Shown here: one piece after another, positions 1 through 9,018 of the stretch
Layout of the letters: each line of letters begins with the position of its first letter
Position numbering within the stretch: the stretch's first letter is position 1
Source: a phage
Reading direction: 5' to 3' (one strand)
DNA length: 64,000 bases
Sequence record: OZ335963.1
Notes under the pieces: generated by a model
What the model was told of the DNA's origin: nothing
What the model saw: only the letters and a program-made list of their open reading frames with translations
The model's database searches: none
Made by a program: the position numbers and the translations under genes

Positions 1-1
1 T

Positions 2-1036
2 GCGCGTGATAACATTATTCAGTTAGAAGACAGCAAAGGCGCTCATTTTTCCACTGAACGTACTTTAGCGACTGGTGCAATTAAGACTAAATTTTTTGGT
101 GAAATTGAATCCGATGGTAAATTGGTTATTAAACGTCCGGGTGATTCTATTGTATTATCAACAACTGCTAGTAATTCTTTGCATATTCGTGGTGACATAG
201 ACGGGACTGGTAACTGGTATATTGGTAAGGGTGGTGCTGATAATGGATTAGCGTTATATAGTTATGCTACTAATGCTGGTGTATACATTACAAACGCAGG
301 AGATATCACGCTAAGTCCAAAAGGCGTCGAAATGGCCCATGTCAATAACGTTCGATTATATGTTCACGGTGAACGTTGGACTGCTAGTCAACCAGGTGAT
401 TGGGGTAGTCAGTGGCAAGTGGAAGCGCCAATATTCGTCGATCATGGTTATGTTTCACAGGATTGTTATTATCCAATTATTAAAGGAAGAAGTGTAATCA
501 CCAATCAAGGGTTTGTAACTGCCGTCGATCTTGGTATTCGTCGTGTCAATAACAATTGGGGACAAGCAATTATTCGTGTTGGATCTGCGGAGGCATCGCC
601 AGCGGCTGGACACCCTAACGCGGTATTTGAATTTCATTACGACGGTACTTTCTATTCTCCTGGTAATGGTAACTTTAACGATGTGTATATTCGTTCCGAT
701 GGTCGTCTTAAGATTAATAAAAAAGAGCTAGAAAACGGAGCACTTGAAAAAGTATGCCGACTGAAAGTTTATACATACGATAAGGTTAAGTCTATTAAAG
801 ATCGTAGTGTTATTAAACGTGAAGTTGGTATTATTGCTCAGGATCTTGAAAAAGAATTACCAGAAGCTGTGTCTAAAGTTGAAGTTGATGGATCTGATGT
901 TCTGACAATTTCTAACTCCGCTGTGAATGCTCTTTTAATTAAGGCTATCCAAGAAATGAGCGAAGAAATTAAAGAATTGAAAACGCCTTTCTTCACTAAA
1001 ATTGCTCGCAAAATTAGTAATTATTTTAAATTCTAA
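2..1036 (+). CDS. 37: long tail fiber distal subunit gp37, C-terminal 344 aa (5' end outside window)
   Basis: Frame open from window edge to stop at 1036; lies directly upstream of gp38 and t as in T-even phages; C-terminal coiled/chaperone-like tail. Confidence 0.8.
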   Translation, partial: ARDNIIQLEDSKGAHFSTERTLATGAIKTKFFGEIESDGKLVIKRPGDSIVLSTTASNSLHIRGDIDGTGNWYIGKGGADNGLALYSYATNAGVYITNAGDITLSPKGVEMAHVNNVRLYVHGERWTASQPGDWGSQWQVEAPIFVDHGYVSQDCYYPIIKGRSVITNQGFVTAVDLGIRRVNNNWGQAIIRVGSAEASPAAGHPNAVFEFHYDGTFYSPGNGNFNDVYIRSDGRLKINKKELENGALEKVCRLKVYTYDKVKSIKDRSVIKREVGIIAQDLEKELPEAVSKVEVDGSDVLTISNSAVNALLIKAIQEMSEEIKELKTPFFTKIARKISNYFKF

Positions 1037-1068
1037 CAACAAGGGGCTTTGCCCCTTTGGAGAAAATT

Positions 1069-1869
1069 ATGGCAGTAGTTGGTGTTCCCGGTTGGATTGG
1101 AAGTTCATCTGTAAATGAAACAGGACAACGATGGATGAGTCAAGCGGCTGGTCAATTAAGATTGGGTGTTCCTTGCTGGATGAGCCAATTCGCCGGACGC
1201 TCAAGAGAGATTATTCATACCGTAACAGCAAACCATAACTTTAATGGTCAATGGTTCCGCGACCGTTGCTTTGAAGCTGGCGGTGCACCCATTGTATTCA
1301 ATATTGTTGGTGATATCGTTTCTTATTCTAAAGATGTGCCACTTTTCTTTATGTATGGGGATACGCCTAATGAATATGTTGTTCTTAATATTCATGGTGG
1401 TGTTCATATGTGGGGTCGTGGTGGTAATGGTGGATACACTCACTCAGGAGGCGACGGTAACGGTACACAAGGCGGTCATGTTATTCAAAATGATATCGGT
1501 GGACGGCTTCGTATTTGGAACTACGGTGTTATAGCTGCTGGGGGTGGCGGCGGTGGTGGTATTGCATATCGTCCACACTCAGGGGCAAACTGGCAAGATA
1601 TCGGCGGCGGTGGTGGTCGACCTTTCGGTGGCGCAGGCGGCGGCGGTTATTCCGGTGGTGCTGCTTCGTATGAAGGTCCGGGTGGTGGTTATGACTATGG
1701 TAACGCACACTCCGGCGCAGGCGGTAATGCTGGTGCTGCTGGTCAGAATGCATGGTATGACGGCGGTAAAGTTCTTAAAGTTGGTGTTGGTGGTGCGTCT
1801 GGTCATGCAGTGTTTGGGTCTTCTCCAACTTGGGGTGCTGTTGGAACAATTTACGGACCAAGAGTATAA
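1069..1869 (+). CDS. 38: tail fiber adhesin gp38, T2-type with glycine-rich motifs
   Basis: ATG at 1069 with GGAG 8 nt upstream; N-terminus [13 protein letters not shown]; several poly-Gly blocks (GGGGGGG) between variable segments; position between 37 and t. Confidence 0.8.
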   Translation: MAVVGVPGWIGSSSVNETGQRWMSQAAGQLRLGVPCWMSQFAGRSREIIHTVTANHNFNGQWFRDRCFEAGGAPIVFNIVGDIVSYSKDVPLFFMYGDTPNEYVVLNIHGGVHMWGRGGNGGYTHSGGDGNGTQGGHVIQNDIGGRLRIWNYGVIAAGGGGGGGIAYRPHSGANWQDIGGGGGRPFGGAGGGGYSGGAASYEGPGGGYDYGNAHSGAGGNAGAAGQNAWYDGGKVLKVGVGGASGHAVFGSSPTWGAVGTIYGPRV

Positions 1870-1899
1870 TTTGAATAAATATCTTTAAAAGGAGGGTCT

Positions 1900-2556
1900 A
1901 TGGCAGCACCTAGAATATCATTTTCGCCCTCTGGTATTCTGTTTGGTGTTCTGGATCGCTTGTTCAAAGATAACGCTACCGGGAAGGTTCTTGCTTCCCG
2001 AGTAGCTGTCGTAATTCTTTTATTTATGATGGCGATTGTTTGGTATAGGGGAGATAGTTTCTTTGAGTACTATAAGCAATCAAAGTATGAAACATACAGT
2101 GAAATTATTGAAAAGGAAAGAAACGCACGCTTTGAATCTGTCGCCCTGGAACAACTCCAGATAGTTCATATATCATCTGAGGCAGACTTTAGTGTGGTGT
2201 ATTCTTTCCGCCCTAAAAACTTAAACTATTTTGTTGATATTATAGCATATGAAGGAAAATTACCTTCAACAATAAGTGAAAAATCACTTGGAGGATATCC
2301 TGTTGATAAAACTATGGATGAATATGCAGTTCATTTAAATGGACGTCATTATTATTCCAACTCAAAATTTGCTTTTTTACCAACCAAAAAGCCTACTCCC
2401 GAAATAAATTACATGTACAGTTGTCCATATTTTAATTTGGATAACATCTATGCTGGAACAATAACCATGTACTGGTATAGAAATGATCATATAAGTAATG
2501 ACCGCCTTGAATCAATATGTGCTCAGGCGGCCAGAATATTAGGAAGGGCTAAATAA
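1900..2556 (+). CDS. t: holin T
   Basis: 218-aa ORF matching T4 holin T almost residue-for-residue by recall (MAAPRISFSPS...); strong SD AAGGAGGG; follows gp38. Confidence 0.9.
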   Translation: MAAPRISFSPSGILFGVLDRLFKDNATGKVLASRVAVVILLFMMAIVWYRGDSFFEYYKQSKYETYSEIIEKERNARFESVALEQLQIVHISSEADFSVVYSFRPKNLNYFVDIIAYEGKLPSTISEKSLGGYPVDKTMDEYAVHLNGRHYYSNSKFAFLPTKKPTPEINYMYSCPYFNLDNIYAGTITMYWYRNDHISNDRLESICAQAARILGRAK

Positions 2557-2829
2557 TTATTTGTTCGTATACATCTCTAGATATCGATATACACCCTCAA
2601 AACCCTCGTTGAATTCGTCGATGAGGGTTTTCTTATCTTCTTGAGTTAATTCAGAAACAATTTTACGGAATGAATTCTGATTTAACTTTCTACCTTCATG
2701 CGTTACTCCAATCTCATTCAGAAATGCGATAAAATTAGCACGATTCTCAACAATATCTTCTCTGGAAAATTTAATCAAAATAGACGCAACAGTAATAATT
2801 TCACGAACTGTATCAATGTTTTTATTCAT
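2557..2829 (-). CDS. asiA: anti-sigma70 factor AsiA
   Basis: 90-aa ORF matching T4 AsiA by recall (MNKNIDTVREIITVASILIKFSRED...); convergent with t. Confidence 0.9.
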   Translation of the reverse strand: MNKNIDTVREIITVASILIKFSREDIVENRANFIAFLNEIGVTHEGRKLNQNSFRKIVSELTQEDKKTLIDEFNEGFEGVYRYLEMYTNK

Positions 2830-2841
2830 TAACTATACCAC

Positions 2842-2994
2842 TCAATTAGTTGACTTTACTATAATATCATCAGACGCTTGATTTGTAAACTGGTCTGTGT
2901 TATTTTCTTCAAAAATTTTTTCTACGAATTCCTTGAACGACTCACGTTCCTGAGCTACATTATGCTCGATTACCTTTTCAAGATTATGACTCAT
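2842..2994 (-). CDS. hypothetical protein, 50 aa
   Basis: Small ORF whose ATG overlaps the arn stop (ATGA); acidic. Confidence 0.35.
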   Translation of the reverse strand: MSHNLEKVIEHNVAQERESFKEFVEKIFEENNTDQFTNQASDDIIVKSTN

Positions 2995-3269
2995 TCAAAA
3001 TAATCTTCAATTTCATAATCATGGACATAAACCATTATAGTTTTTAATACATCATCAATACTTTTTCCTGGAGCTGGAATTACGTAAAAATATCCTGCTT
3101 TTGAGAGGTCTTTATAAGTTCCAACTAAGAAATCATTATTCTCAAGATGTAGTTCTTCAACTAATTCATTAACAATTGAGTGGTATAAATTTGGTAGAAA
3201 CTTATATAGCTTTTCTAGAATATCAATTTTGATTGTGTATTGAACCACAGACTGAGAATCAATAATCAT
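2991..3269 (-). CDS. arn: Arn-like anti-restriction protein (92 aa)
   Basis: 92-aa acidic ORF at the position of arn upstream of asiA in T4 order; size matches. Confidence 0.5.
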   Translation of the reverse strand: MIIDSQSVVQYTIKIDILEKLYKFLPNLYHSIVNELVEELHLENNDFLVGTYKDLSKAGYFYVIPAPGKSIDDVLKTIMVYVHDYEIEDYFE

Positions 3270-3352
3270 AGACCTTCCCCTTATGTTTCTGTTTGCGATT
3301 AGATTCTTTAAACGCTTTCTTCTTATCTTTATGGACAGAAGCTTTATTAAAA

Positions 3353-3571
3353 TTATGTTTTGCGACTAAATTGTTCATAGTGCTGAATTACCTCTCTCAA
3401 ACATTTGCATGTGAATGAAAACTTTTTAGCTACACCACATTCAAATATATGTTCTCTTAAATCACGTGTATCAGTATATCCCATCTCAACGATAAAATGC
3501 CGTATTAGATTTTTATCTTTATCATTGAGAGAATTAAAATAATCGGATTTTGAATTAATTTCCCTGGCCAA
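3353..3571 (-). CDS. hypothetical protein, 72 aa
   Basis: ORF in arn-motA interval; Cys-containing (CGVAKKFSFTCKC). Confidence 0.4.
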   Translation of the reverse strand: MAREINSKSDYFNSLNDKDKNLIRHFIVEMGYTDTRDLREHIFECGVAKKFSFTCKCLREVIQHYEQFSRKT

Positions 3572-3851
3572 ATTGAATCACCCTCAGTTGACGTTTTAGT
3601 TCTTTTATCATTTCTTCGTTCATCGCAATATAAAGATCGCGTAAAGCAGGTTTTAACATTCCATTTACTGGAGAACTAAATGGACATACATAATCTTTTC
3701 CTACGAGCTTTTTGGTGAATTCCATATTACAGAACTGAAATGCTGGTTCATTGGCATAAATTCCCCAATTAGTTGACATCATTTTATTGGCATATTCCAG
3801 TGCCTGGATTTGATTCATAATTCCATCAATTTGAAACTTTTTAATATTCAT
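3555..3851 (-). CDS. hypothetical protein, 98 aa
   Basis: ORF with compact spacing to neighbours. Confidence 0.45.
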   Translation of the reverse strand: MNIKKFQIDGIMNQIQALEYANKMMSTNWGIYANEPAFQFCNMEFTKKLVGKDYVCPFSSPVNGMLKPALRDLYIAMNEEMIKELKRQLRVIQFGQGN

Positions 3852-4312
3852 TAGTAAAGGTCCTCAGAGTAAAGTTCTTTTTCACTACCACCACGTTCAA
3901 TACGTACTTGTCCGGCGTAAGTTGCAATAATCATTGCTTCTTCACGTGTCCAATAATTACTATATTGGTCAATAAATCCTTGGTCATCATCACAAACTTG
4001 TTGAGTAACTAATTGAGGTTTAACTACATCTAAAACTTCTGCCATATCTTTAGAATAATGACGAGCACCTGGAATAACAAGAGTTCGTCCATCTTTTAAT
4101 TTAAAACGGTTGGCAGCACAAACAATTCGTCGTTGATACTTTTGGTTTTTATCCCAGTATGCGGTCTGCCAACAGATTTCAGGAACTTCATCTAAAACAT
4201 TTTGTTCTGTGTATTCACCACTGTAAGAAGCTAATTTAGCAGCCAAACTTTCTGGGGTCTCACGTGACAAAGCTTTATCTAACAGAGCTAAACGTTCTTT
4301 AAAAGTTTTCAT
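3851..4312 (-). CDS. hypothetical protein, 153 aa
   Basis: ORF; start overlaps stop of upstream ORF. Confidence 0.5.
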   Translation of the reverse strand: MKTFKERLALLDKALSRETPESLAAKLASYSGEYTEQNVLDEVPEICWQTAYWDKNQKYQRRIVCAANRFKLKDGRTLVIPGARHYSKDMAEVLDVVKPQLVTQQVCDDDQGFIDQYSNYWTREEAMIIATYAGQVRIERGGSEKELYSEDLY

Positions 4313-4638
4313 TTAAACCATCCTTTAATACGCTGCCACAAAGTTTTCTGTTGAGCTTTGTTAACACCAATTGATCGAATAACTGGTTGAGATTCCTGGA
4401 ATTCTTTATAATCAGCAAGGTAAATTTCGTAAGCTGCATCCGTAAATGAACTTATCGCCGCCATAAAATTATTGCGAATACCTACTGGAGCATCTTTACT
4501 TTCACGAATAATCATGTATTTACCAGTCTTAATCTTTACAATACTTCCAAGATAAGCTCCATGGTACCAGATGTCCCACCCCTCTTGAGTGGGTTCTGCA
4601 CAACGACGAAGTTCATTGATAATTTCTAACTTGTTCAT
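4309..4638 (-). CDS. hypothetical protein, 109 aa
   Basis: ORF immediately downstream of motA. Confidence 0.5.
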   Translation of the reverse strand: MNKLEIINELRRCAEPTQEGWDIWYHGAYLGSIVKIKTGKYMIIRESKDAPVGIRNNFMAAISSFTDAAYEIYLADYKEFQESQPVIRSIGVNKAQQKTLWQRIKGWFK

Positions 4639-4648
4639 TATTTATTCC

Positions 4649-5284
4649 TCACAGTTCAGATGCTACGGTGATTACTGCTTCAATGTTTTCTGCCGAGCGT
4701 TTAATGTCAAGATACACATTACCGTTTTTAGCGATTTTACATGACATTCCGATATCAGTAAATTTCTGAATATGATGTTCCATCATTTTGTATCCAAAAA
4801 TTCGCATATTTCCGTTGTTGTTAATTTCAAAATTGCGAATTCCGTGAGTGCGTTTTTCTAAAATAGCAAGATAGTTACTACGGTAAGTTTCAACTTTTTT
4901 AAGAACAAATCCATTTTCATCTAAAAGTTTTAACATGAGGTCTTTATCTTCTTCCATATCGGAAGTAATCTCACGAGCTTTACGAGTTGCTCGTTTTTTC
5001 AGTAGTTCAGGAGCATTTTCCTGTGCGTATAAAGTTGCTGCATTTGAAATAATATCCTGAGCTTCACCTGTAATGATTAATCCATCACCAGATTTCTCCA
5101 CCAGGCCTTTTTTAATCAATACCCCAATATTACTATTAACTACTGCATTACCTAAATCTGGATGCACCTCACGAACTTCTGCAGCTGTAATGAAATCTTT
5201 CTTAGCAATGGTAATTAAAATTGCAGCAGTTTTTTCATTCAGAACATCGTTAGAAGCTTTGATGATGTAAGTTACTTTAGACAT
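4649..5284 (-). CDS. motA: middle-transcription activator MotA
   Basis: 211-aa ORF matching T4 MotA by recall (MSKVTYIIKASNDVLNEKTAAILITIAKKDFITAAEVREVHPDLGNA...). Confidence 0.9.
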   Translation of the reverse strand: MSKVTYIIKASNDVLNEKTAAILITIAKKDFITAAEVREVHPDLGNAVVNSNIGVLIKKGLVEKSGDGLIITGEAQDIISNAATLYAQENAPELLKKRATRKAREITSDMEEDKDLMLKLLDENGFVLKKVETYRSNYLAILEKRTHGIRNFEINNNGNMRIFGYKMMEHHIQKFTDIGMSCKIAKNGNVYLDIKRSAENIEAVITVASEL

Positions 5285-5325
5285 TTTCTAATCTCCGTAA
5301 TTCTGTATCAGTAGTTGATAGTTGT

Positions 5326-5355
5326 ATAGTACCACAGTATGCTTTGGTTGTAAAC
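5326..5355 (-). promoter_or_regulatory. T4 early-type promoter upstream of motA (GTTTAC, 18-bp spacer, TACTAT)
   Basis: Minus-sense GTTTAC at 5350-5355 and TACTAT at 5326-5331 with A/T-rich upstream tract; same module recurs across the window. Confidence 0.55.
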
Positions 5356-5374
5356 CGTTTTGTGAAAAAAATTT

Positions 5375-5407
5375 TTGAAATAAAAAAGGGAGAGCCTCGG
5401 CTCTCCC
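5375..5407 (-). terminator. rho-independent terminator (UUCG-loop hairpin plus U-tract)
   Basis: gggagagcc-gagg-gctctccc stem-loop followed on minus strand by TTTTTTATTTC. Confidence 0.6.
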
Positions 5408-5412
5408 TAAAA

Positions 5413-5562
5413 TTACTGCATAACTGTGATAACTGTCATGATAATACGTTGAATTCCGAATGCAAGAAGACCTCCTGCTACAGCAGGAACAACACCTAAA
5501 CCCGCCAGTAAAATGCTACCAGATACTAATGCAGCGCTTGTAATACCAATGAATGGACTCAT
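5413..5562 (-). CDS. small hydrophobic protein, 49 aa
   Basis: ATG overlaps gene 52 stop (ATGA); very hydrophobic (MSPFIGITSAALVSGSILLAGLGVVPAVAGG...). Confidence 0.4.
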   Translation of the reverse strand: MSPFIGITSAALVSGSILLAGLGVVPAVAGGLLAFGIQRIIMTVITVMQ

Positions 5563-6887
5563 TTGATTTCCTCTAAATCTTTGGTGTATTCTGTAACTAC
5601 ATCAGTAGTTTTCCAATATTCGTTTTCTTCTTTTTTAGCTTTAGCTTCTTCAGCAAGTTTCTTTGCTTCGTCGGAAGTCATATGAAAAATATTCATTCCG
5701 ACTAGTTTATCAACATAAGAAGAATACATATCAATTTTAGAAAGTTCTTCGGTCAGTTCTTTACGAGTTTTACCTTGTACAACAATTTCACCTGAAATTA
5801 CTTTCTTAATGAAATGCGCCTTGGCAAAGGCTAAACGAAATGCTGATTCAGTTTCTTTGATTTTGTTATCAATTCGTTTTTGGACATAAGTTTTACGAAC
5901 TTCAACGAAGTCTTTGATTAAATCAACTACGTTATCGTAAACTTGTAGCTTTCCTTTCTCATTAATAACGGTGATATTCTGGGAACGACGCTCAATCAAC
6001 CCAAAGTCTTTCATGATTTTTGCATGGCGTTCTTCTTCGTTATCGCTCAAAGAATATTCTTTGCGGAATTTAACTTTGAAGCCAAACCCGTGCTCACCAC
6101 AAGCATCATCCCACGTAATGAAGCCTTTATCTTCAAGCGGGTCTAAGATTTTACTCACATAAGTTTCACGATCATACTTATACGGAATCTCAGTGATATT
6201 CATTTGAGTTCGTGAAGTAAACTTGTACGTTCCACGAATTTCATATTGACCATCAATTTCAACGACTTCACCACGAAATTCTGGGAATTCTACCTTCGGT
6301 TTAGTTACTTTCTTTCCTTGAAGAGCTTGCAATACAGCTTTCTTGACAGAAGAAACACTATGAGGAAGAATGTAAGTTGCATAACCAGTTGCAATACCGG
6401 AAACACCATTAAGAAGAACGGTAGGAATAATAGGCAAATAGAAAGCAGGCGGAATGTGTTCTTTATCTTCATGTACCGGAGCATATTCAGTATCTTTATA
6501 TACGTTATAGAAATTTTTACTTACACGAGCAAAAATATAACGACTTGCCGCTGCTTTTTGAACGGTACGAGAACCAAAGTTTCCTTGACCATCTAACAAA
6601 GGAAAGTTATTATTCCAAGTGTTAGCCATCAAAGCGCCCGCGTCTTGTGCAGAGTTTTCACCATGATGATATCCAAGGTCCGCTACACCACCTGCAATAG
6701 AAGCGAGTTTGTGAAACTTATCTTTATTTCCTCGTGCCAAATCAAGAGCTCGAGCAATAACAAATCGTTGAACTGGCTTAAATCCATCAATCATATTTGG
6801 GATAGCACGATTTTCAACCGTGTACATAGCATAAGCCAATGCTTCATTATCAATGATACTTTTTAAATCGCGATTATTCAGTTGCAT
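5559..6887 (-). CDS. 52: DNA topoisomerase II medium subunit gp52 (GyrA-like)
   Basis: 442-aa ORF, size and N-terminal sequence as T4 gp52 by recall; GyrA-like motifs. Confidence 0.9.
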   Translation of the reverse strand: MQLNNRDLKSIIDNEALAYAMYTVENRAIPNMIDGFKPVQRFVIARALDLARGNKDKFHKLASIAGGVADLGYHHGENSAQDAGALMANTWNNNFPLLDGQGNFGSRTVQKAAASRYIFARVSKNFYNVYKDTEYAPVHEDKEHIPPAFYLPIIPTVLLNGVSGIATGYATYILPHSVSSVKKAVLQALQGKKVTKPKVEFPEFRGEVVEIDGQYEIRGTYKFTSRTQMNITEIPYKYDRETYVSKILDPLEDKGFITWDDACGEHGFGFKVKFRKEYSLSDNEEERHAKIMKDFGLIERRSQNITVINEKGKLQVYDNVVDLIKDFVEVRKTYVQKRIDNKIKETESAFRLAFAKAHFIKKVISGEIVVQGKTRKELTEELSKIDMYSSYVDKLVGMNIFHMTSDEAKKLAEEAKAKKEENEYWKTTDVVTEYTKDLEEIK

Positions 6888-6891
6888 AAAT

Positions 6892-7032
6892 TTACCATAC
6901 TAGTGAATGTAGTGCCATAATAACATCAGAAATGAAAAGCACGACTTGAATTAATCCGAACATTACTCCATAATATAGTGCTACCAATAAAGTAGCAAGG
7001 GCTAATGAATAGCCCAAGATTTTCTTAATCAT
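6892..7032 (-). CDS. small membrane protein, 46 aa
   Basis: Hydrophobic ORF (MIKKILGYSLALATLLVALYYGVMFGLIQ...) 5 nt upstream of gene 52 start. Confidence 0.4.
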   Translation of the reverse strand: MIKKILGYSLALATLLVALYYGVMFGLIQVVLFISDVIMALHSLVW

Positions 7033-7182
7033 TAGTAGATAACAACACAAATGTTAAATATGCACACATACCCTGGGCTAAAGCTTGTGAAAACACACTG
7101 CTAGCATCGATACAGATAGTTAAAACACATGCTACTATCCAACAAATAAATGAAATAACTCCTAATAATTTTGCAATATTCA
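7025..7182 (-). pseudogene. ac: ac-like small membrane protein gene, apparently disrupted by a 1-nt frameshift
   Basis: ATG with AGGAAA SD gives MNIAKLLGVISFIC then stop; the -1 frame continues WIVACVLTICIDASSVFSQALAQGMCAYLTFVLLSTND to a stop; joined length ~52 aa; sits between stp and gene 52. Confidence 0.4.
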
Positions 7183-7189
7183 TATTTTC

Positions 7190-7270
7190 CTCACTGGCGT
7201 CCGAAGACGCCTTTGGTTTTAAGATTGTTACGATAGAACTGCATCACATGTTCGTTATGGAAATTACTCA
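7190..7270 (-). CDS. stp: Stp peptide (26 aa)
   Basis: Translates exactly to [26 protein letters not shown], the T4 Stp peptide by recall; immediately downstream of ndd. Confidence 0.85.
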
Positions 7271-7726
7271 TTAATATGCCTGCAAAACAAATTTAAAGTT
7301 ATCAGCCAACATACGGTTCATTTCTTCAAGCGTTTGATACTCAGAATGATGATTACGAGTAAACGCCAAAGCTAACTGACCTTTTCCAAATCCCGTCGTC
7401 AGAGGTTTCATCTTAGAAGCAGGCAAATAAAATACTGTGTATGGAACATTGTTATTTGCAATAGTACGCGCAAGCTGAGACCGACGTTGACGAATATGAC
7501 TTAGAACTGCACTGAACCCTTGCTTAGAACGCTGATTACCTACATAAAATCGCGCAGATACACATGGACTATCAAATGGACCACCAAATTTGCTCACTAA
7601 AAAGTAAAATCCAGGTTTAGACAAAATGTCTTTATGTGGAGTTCCAAAAACCCATTCACCGCCCTTGATTGTACCAATAACAGTTGCGCCTGCATTATTC
7701 AGATCAGTAACAGTCATGTATTTCAT
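7271..7726 (-). CDS. ndd: nucleoid disruption protein Ndd
   Basis: Start taken at internal ATG with GAGGAAA SD ([18 protein letters not shown]...), 151 aa, matches T4 Ndd by recall; track ORF has a 16-codon upstream extension. Confidence 0.85.
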
Positions 7727-7786
7727 ATTAATTTCCTCTAAATTATTTTCTACTCCAAGGCCGCATGAATACACACGGCCAATAAA

Positions 7787-8002
7787 TTAATCGTCACAGT
7801 CGACGCTCAATTCCCAGAACTCTTCTACGGTATAAGTTTCAGTATCATTTTCAATACAGAAACGCTCATTACTGTTGTTTTCTAAAGTAGCGTTAACTGT
7901 CATTTTCTCGCTAGTGCTCTTAAGAGGTGAAATACGAATTAACTGATCACCATTATCTAAACAAAAAATTTCACCAACTTTTACATCTTTAAAAATTTTC
8001 AT
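7787..8002 (-). CDS. hypothetical protein, 71 aa
   Basis: ORF in ndd-denB small-gene cluster. Confidence 0.45.
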   Translation of the reverse strand: MKIFKDVKVGEIFCLDNGDQLIRISPLKSTSEKMTVNATLENNSNERFCIENDTETYTVEEFWELSVDCDD

Positions 8003-8117
8003 AATTCACCTCAAGGAGTATAAAATCCGAATGCAGTTGTTGACCATCCCATCCAATACGGAAAATTTGCACCAACGTAAAACATGAGAATATAAAACCA
8101 ACCGCTCAGCAAATTCA

Positions 8118-8315
8118 TCATTTTACACCATTCCAAATTGTTTCAACCACAGATTTTAAGCCATTTTGATGAATGTCCATTCCGACAACCGCCATCAAAT
8201 AAATTCCAACTACAACTGAACCTAAGGCAAAAATCAGCATGAAAATGAATAAAGCCGGAAAAATATTATCAAAAAACCATTCCATAAATGTAAAAGCACT
8301 GCGTTTACGCTTCAT
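8118..8315 (-). CDS. small membrane protein, 65 aa
   Basis: Start at ATG with GAGGAAAAT SD (MKRKRSAFTFMEWFF...); hydrophobic core. Confidence 0.45.
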   Translation of the reverse strand: MKRKRSAFTFMEWFFDNIFPALFIFMLIFALGSVVVGIYLMAVVGMDIHQNGLKSVVETIWNGVK

Positions 8316-8322
8316 ATTTTCC

Positions 8323-8436
8323 TCACATAAATCCAAAGTAAGCGTTTAATACATCAATCATTAAAACGATTGGGAATATACTCAAAACTACTAGTATTAT
8401 AACTACATTCCATATAGCTTTAACAATCTTTTTCAT
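8323..8436 (-). CDS. small membrane peptide, 37 aa
   Basis: MKKIVKAIWNVVIILVVLSIFPIVLMIDVLNAYFGFM downstream of GGAGGAACAG SD; the longer track ORF is read-through of the promoter. Confidence 0.35.
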   Translation of the reverse strand: MKKIVKAIWNVVIILVVLSIFPIVLMIDVLNAYFGFM

Positions 8437-8464
8437 TTTCTGTTCCTCCGTAGTTGATAGGGTA

Positions 8465-8494
8465 ATAATACCACAGAGGAACAGTCTTGTAAAC
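8465..8494 (-). promoter_or_regulatory. T4 early-type promoter (GTTTAC, 18 bp, TATTAT)
   Basis: Minus-sense GTTTAC 8489-8494, TATTAT 8465-8470. Confidence 0.5.
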
Positions 8495-8679
8495 AACTTT
8501 TTTAAAAATATTCGTAATAAATGTGAATACCAACTACTACTGCTGAAACTTGCGCAACCCACCATGCACAAGCAATAAGTACAGAATTCAAAATTTTCAT
8601 AATAACCTCATCACAAAAGTAAATACTAAACAAATCAATGGAATACTAATTAACCAAACAAAACACCACCATAATGAAC

Positions 8680-8943
8680 TCATAGTTCAATCTCAGCGAT
8701 TTTCATTTCATTACTATTAATAGCCGCTTTAAGACTATCTGAAAGAATTACATCCCAGTGGTCATTCATATGACCATTAACTAAGCGTGTAATTTCTTCG
8801 GGAGTTGAAAAATAAGGCGTATCAGACTCCCAGTGTGATAATCCCAAACGAGTATAAATCATGCCTTCATCATCGCTAGAATATTCAACTGACACAAACT
8901 CATCAGTTATTTTATGTTTAGCGTAATAAAATTTAAATTTCAT
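8680..8943 (-). CDS. hypothetical protein, 87 aa
   Basis: ORF with GGAGGAG SD directly downstream of an early promoter. Confidence 0.5.
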   Translation of the reverse strand: MKFKFYYAKHKITDEFVSVEYSSDDEGMIYTRLGLSHWESDTPYFSTPEEITRLVNGHMNDHWDVILSDSLKAAINSNEMKIAEIEL

Positions 8944-8970
8944 TTTTACTCCTCCGTAGCTGATAGTTGT

Positions 8971-9000
8971 ATAGTACCACAGTCCTTGTGGTATGTAAAC
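8971..9000 (-). promoter_or_regulatory. T4 early-type promoter (GTTTAC, 18 bp, TACTAT)
   Basis: Minus-sense GTTTAC 8995-9000, TACTAT 8971-8976. Confidence 0.5.
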
Positions 9001-9018
9001 AGTTTTGTGAAAATTTTT

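Noticed and set aside
455-1888. Several plus- and minus-strand track ORFs overlapping genes 37 and 38 (455-637, 531-731, 1201-1443, 1244-1534, 1529-1753, 1544-1888, 1579-1806)
   Set aside because: All are embedded in or antisense to the long tail-fiber and adhesin frames, and the Gly-rich DNA creates long alternative frames; no SD or independent support.
8323-8571. N-terminal extensions of track ORFs containing the recurring peptide FFTKLFTRLFLCG (also 35795-36364, 63268-63585, 18123-18662, 57517-58569)
   Set aside because: The shared peptide is the translation of the conserved early promoter (GTTTAC ... TACTAT); the real starts are downstream ATGs with SD sequences.
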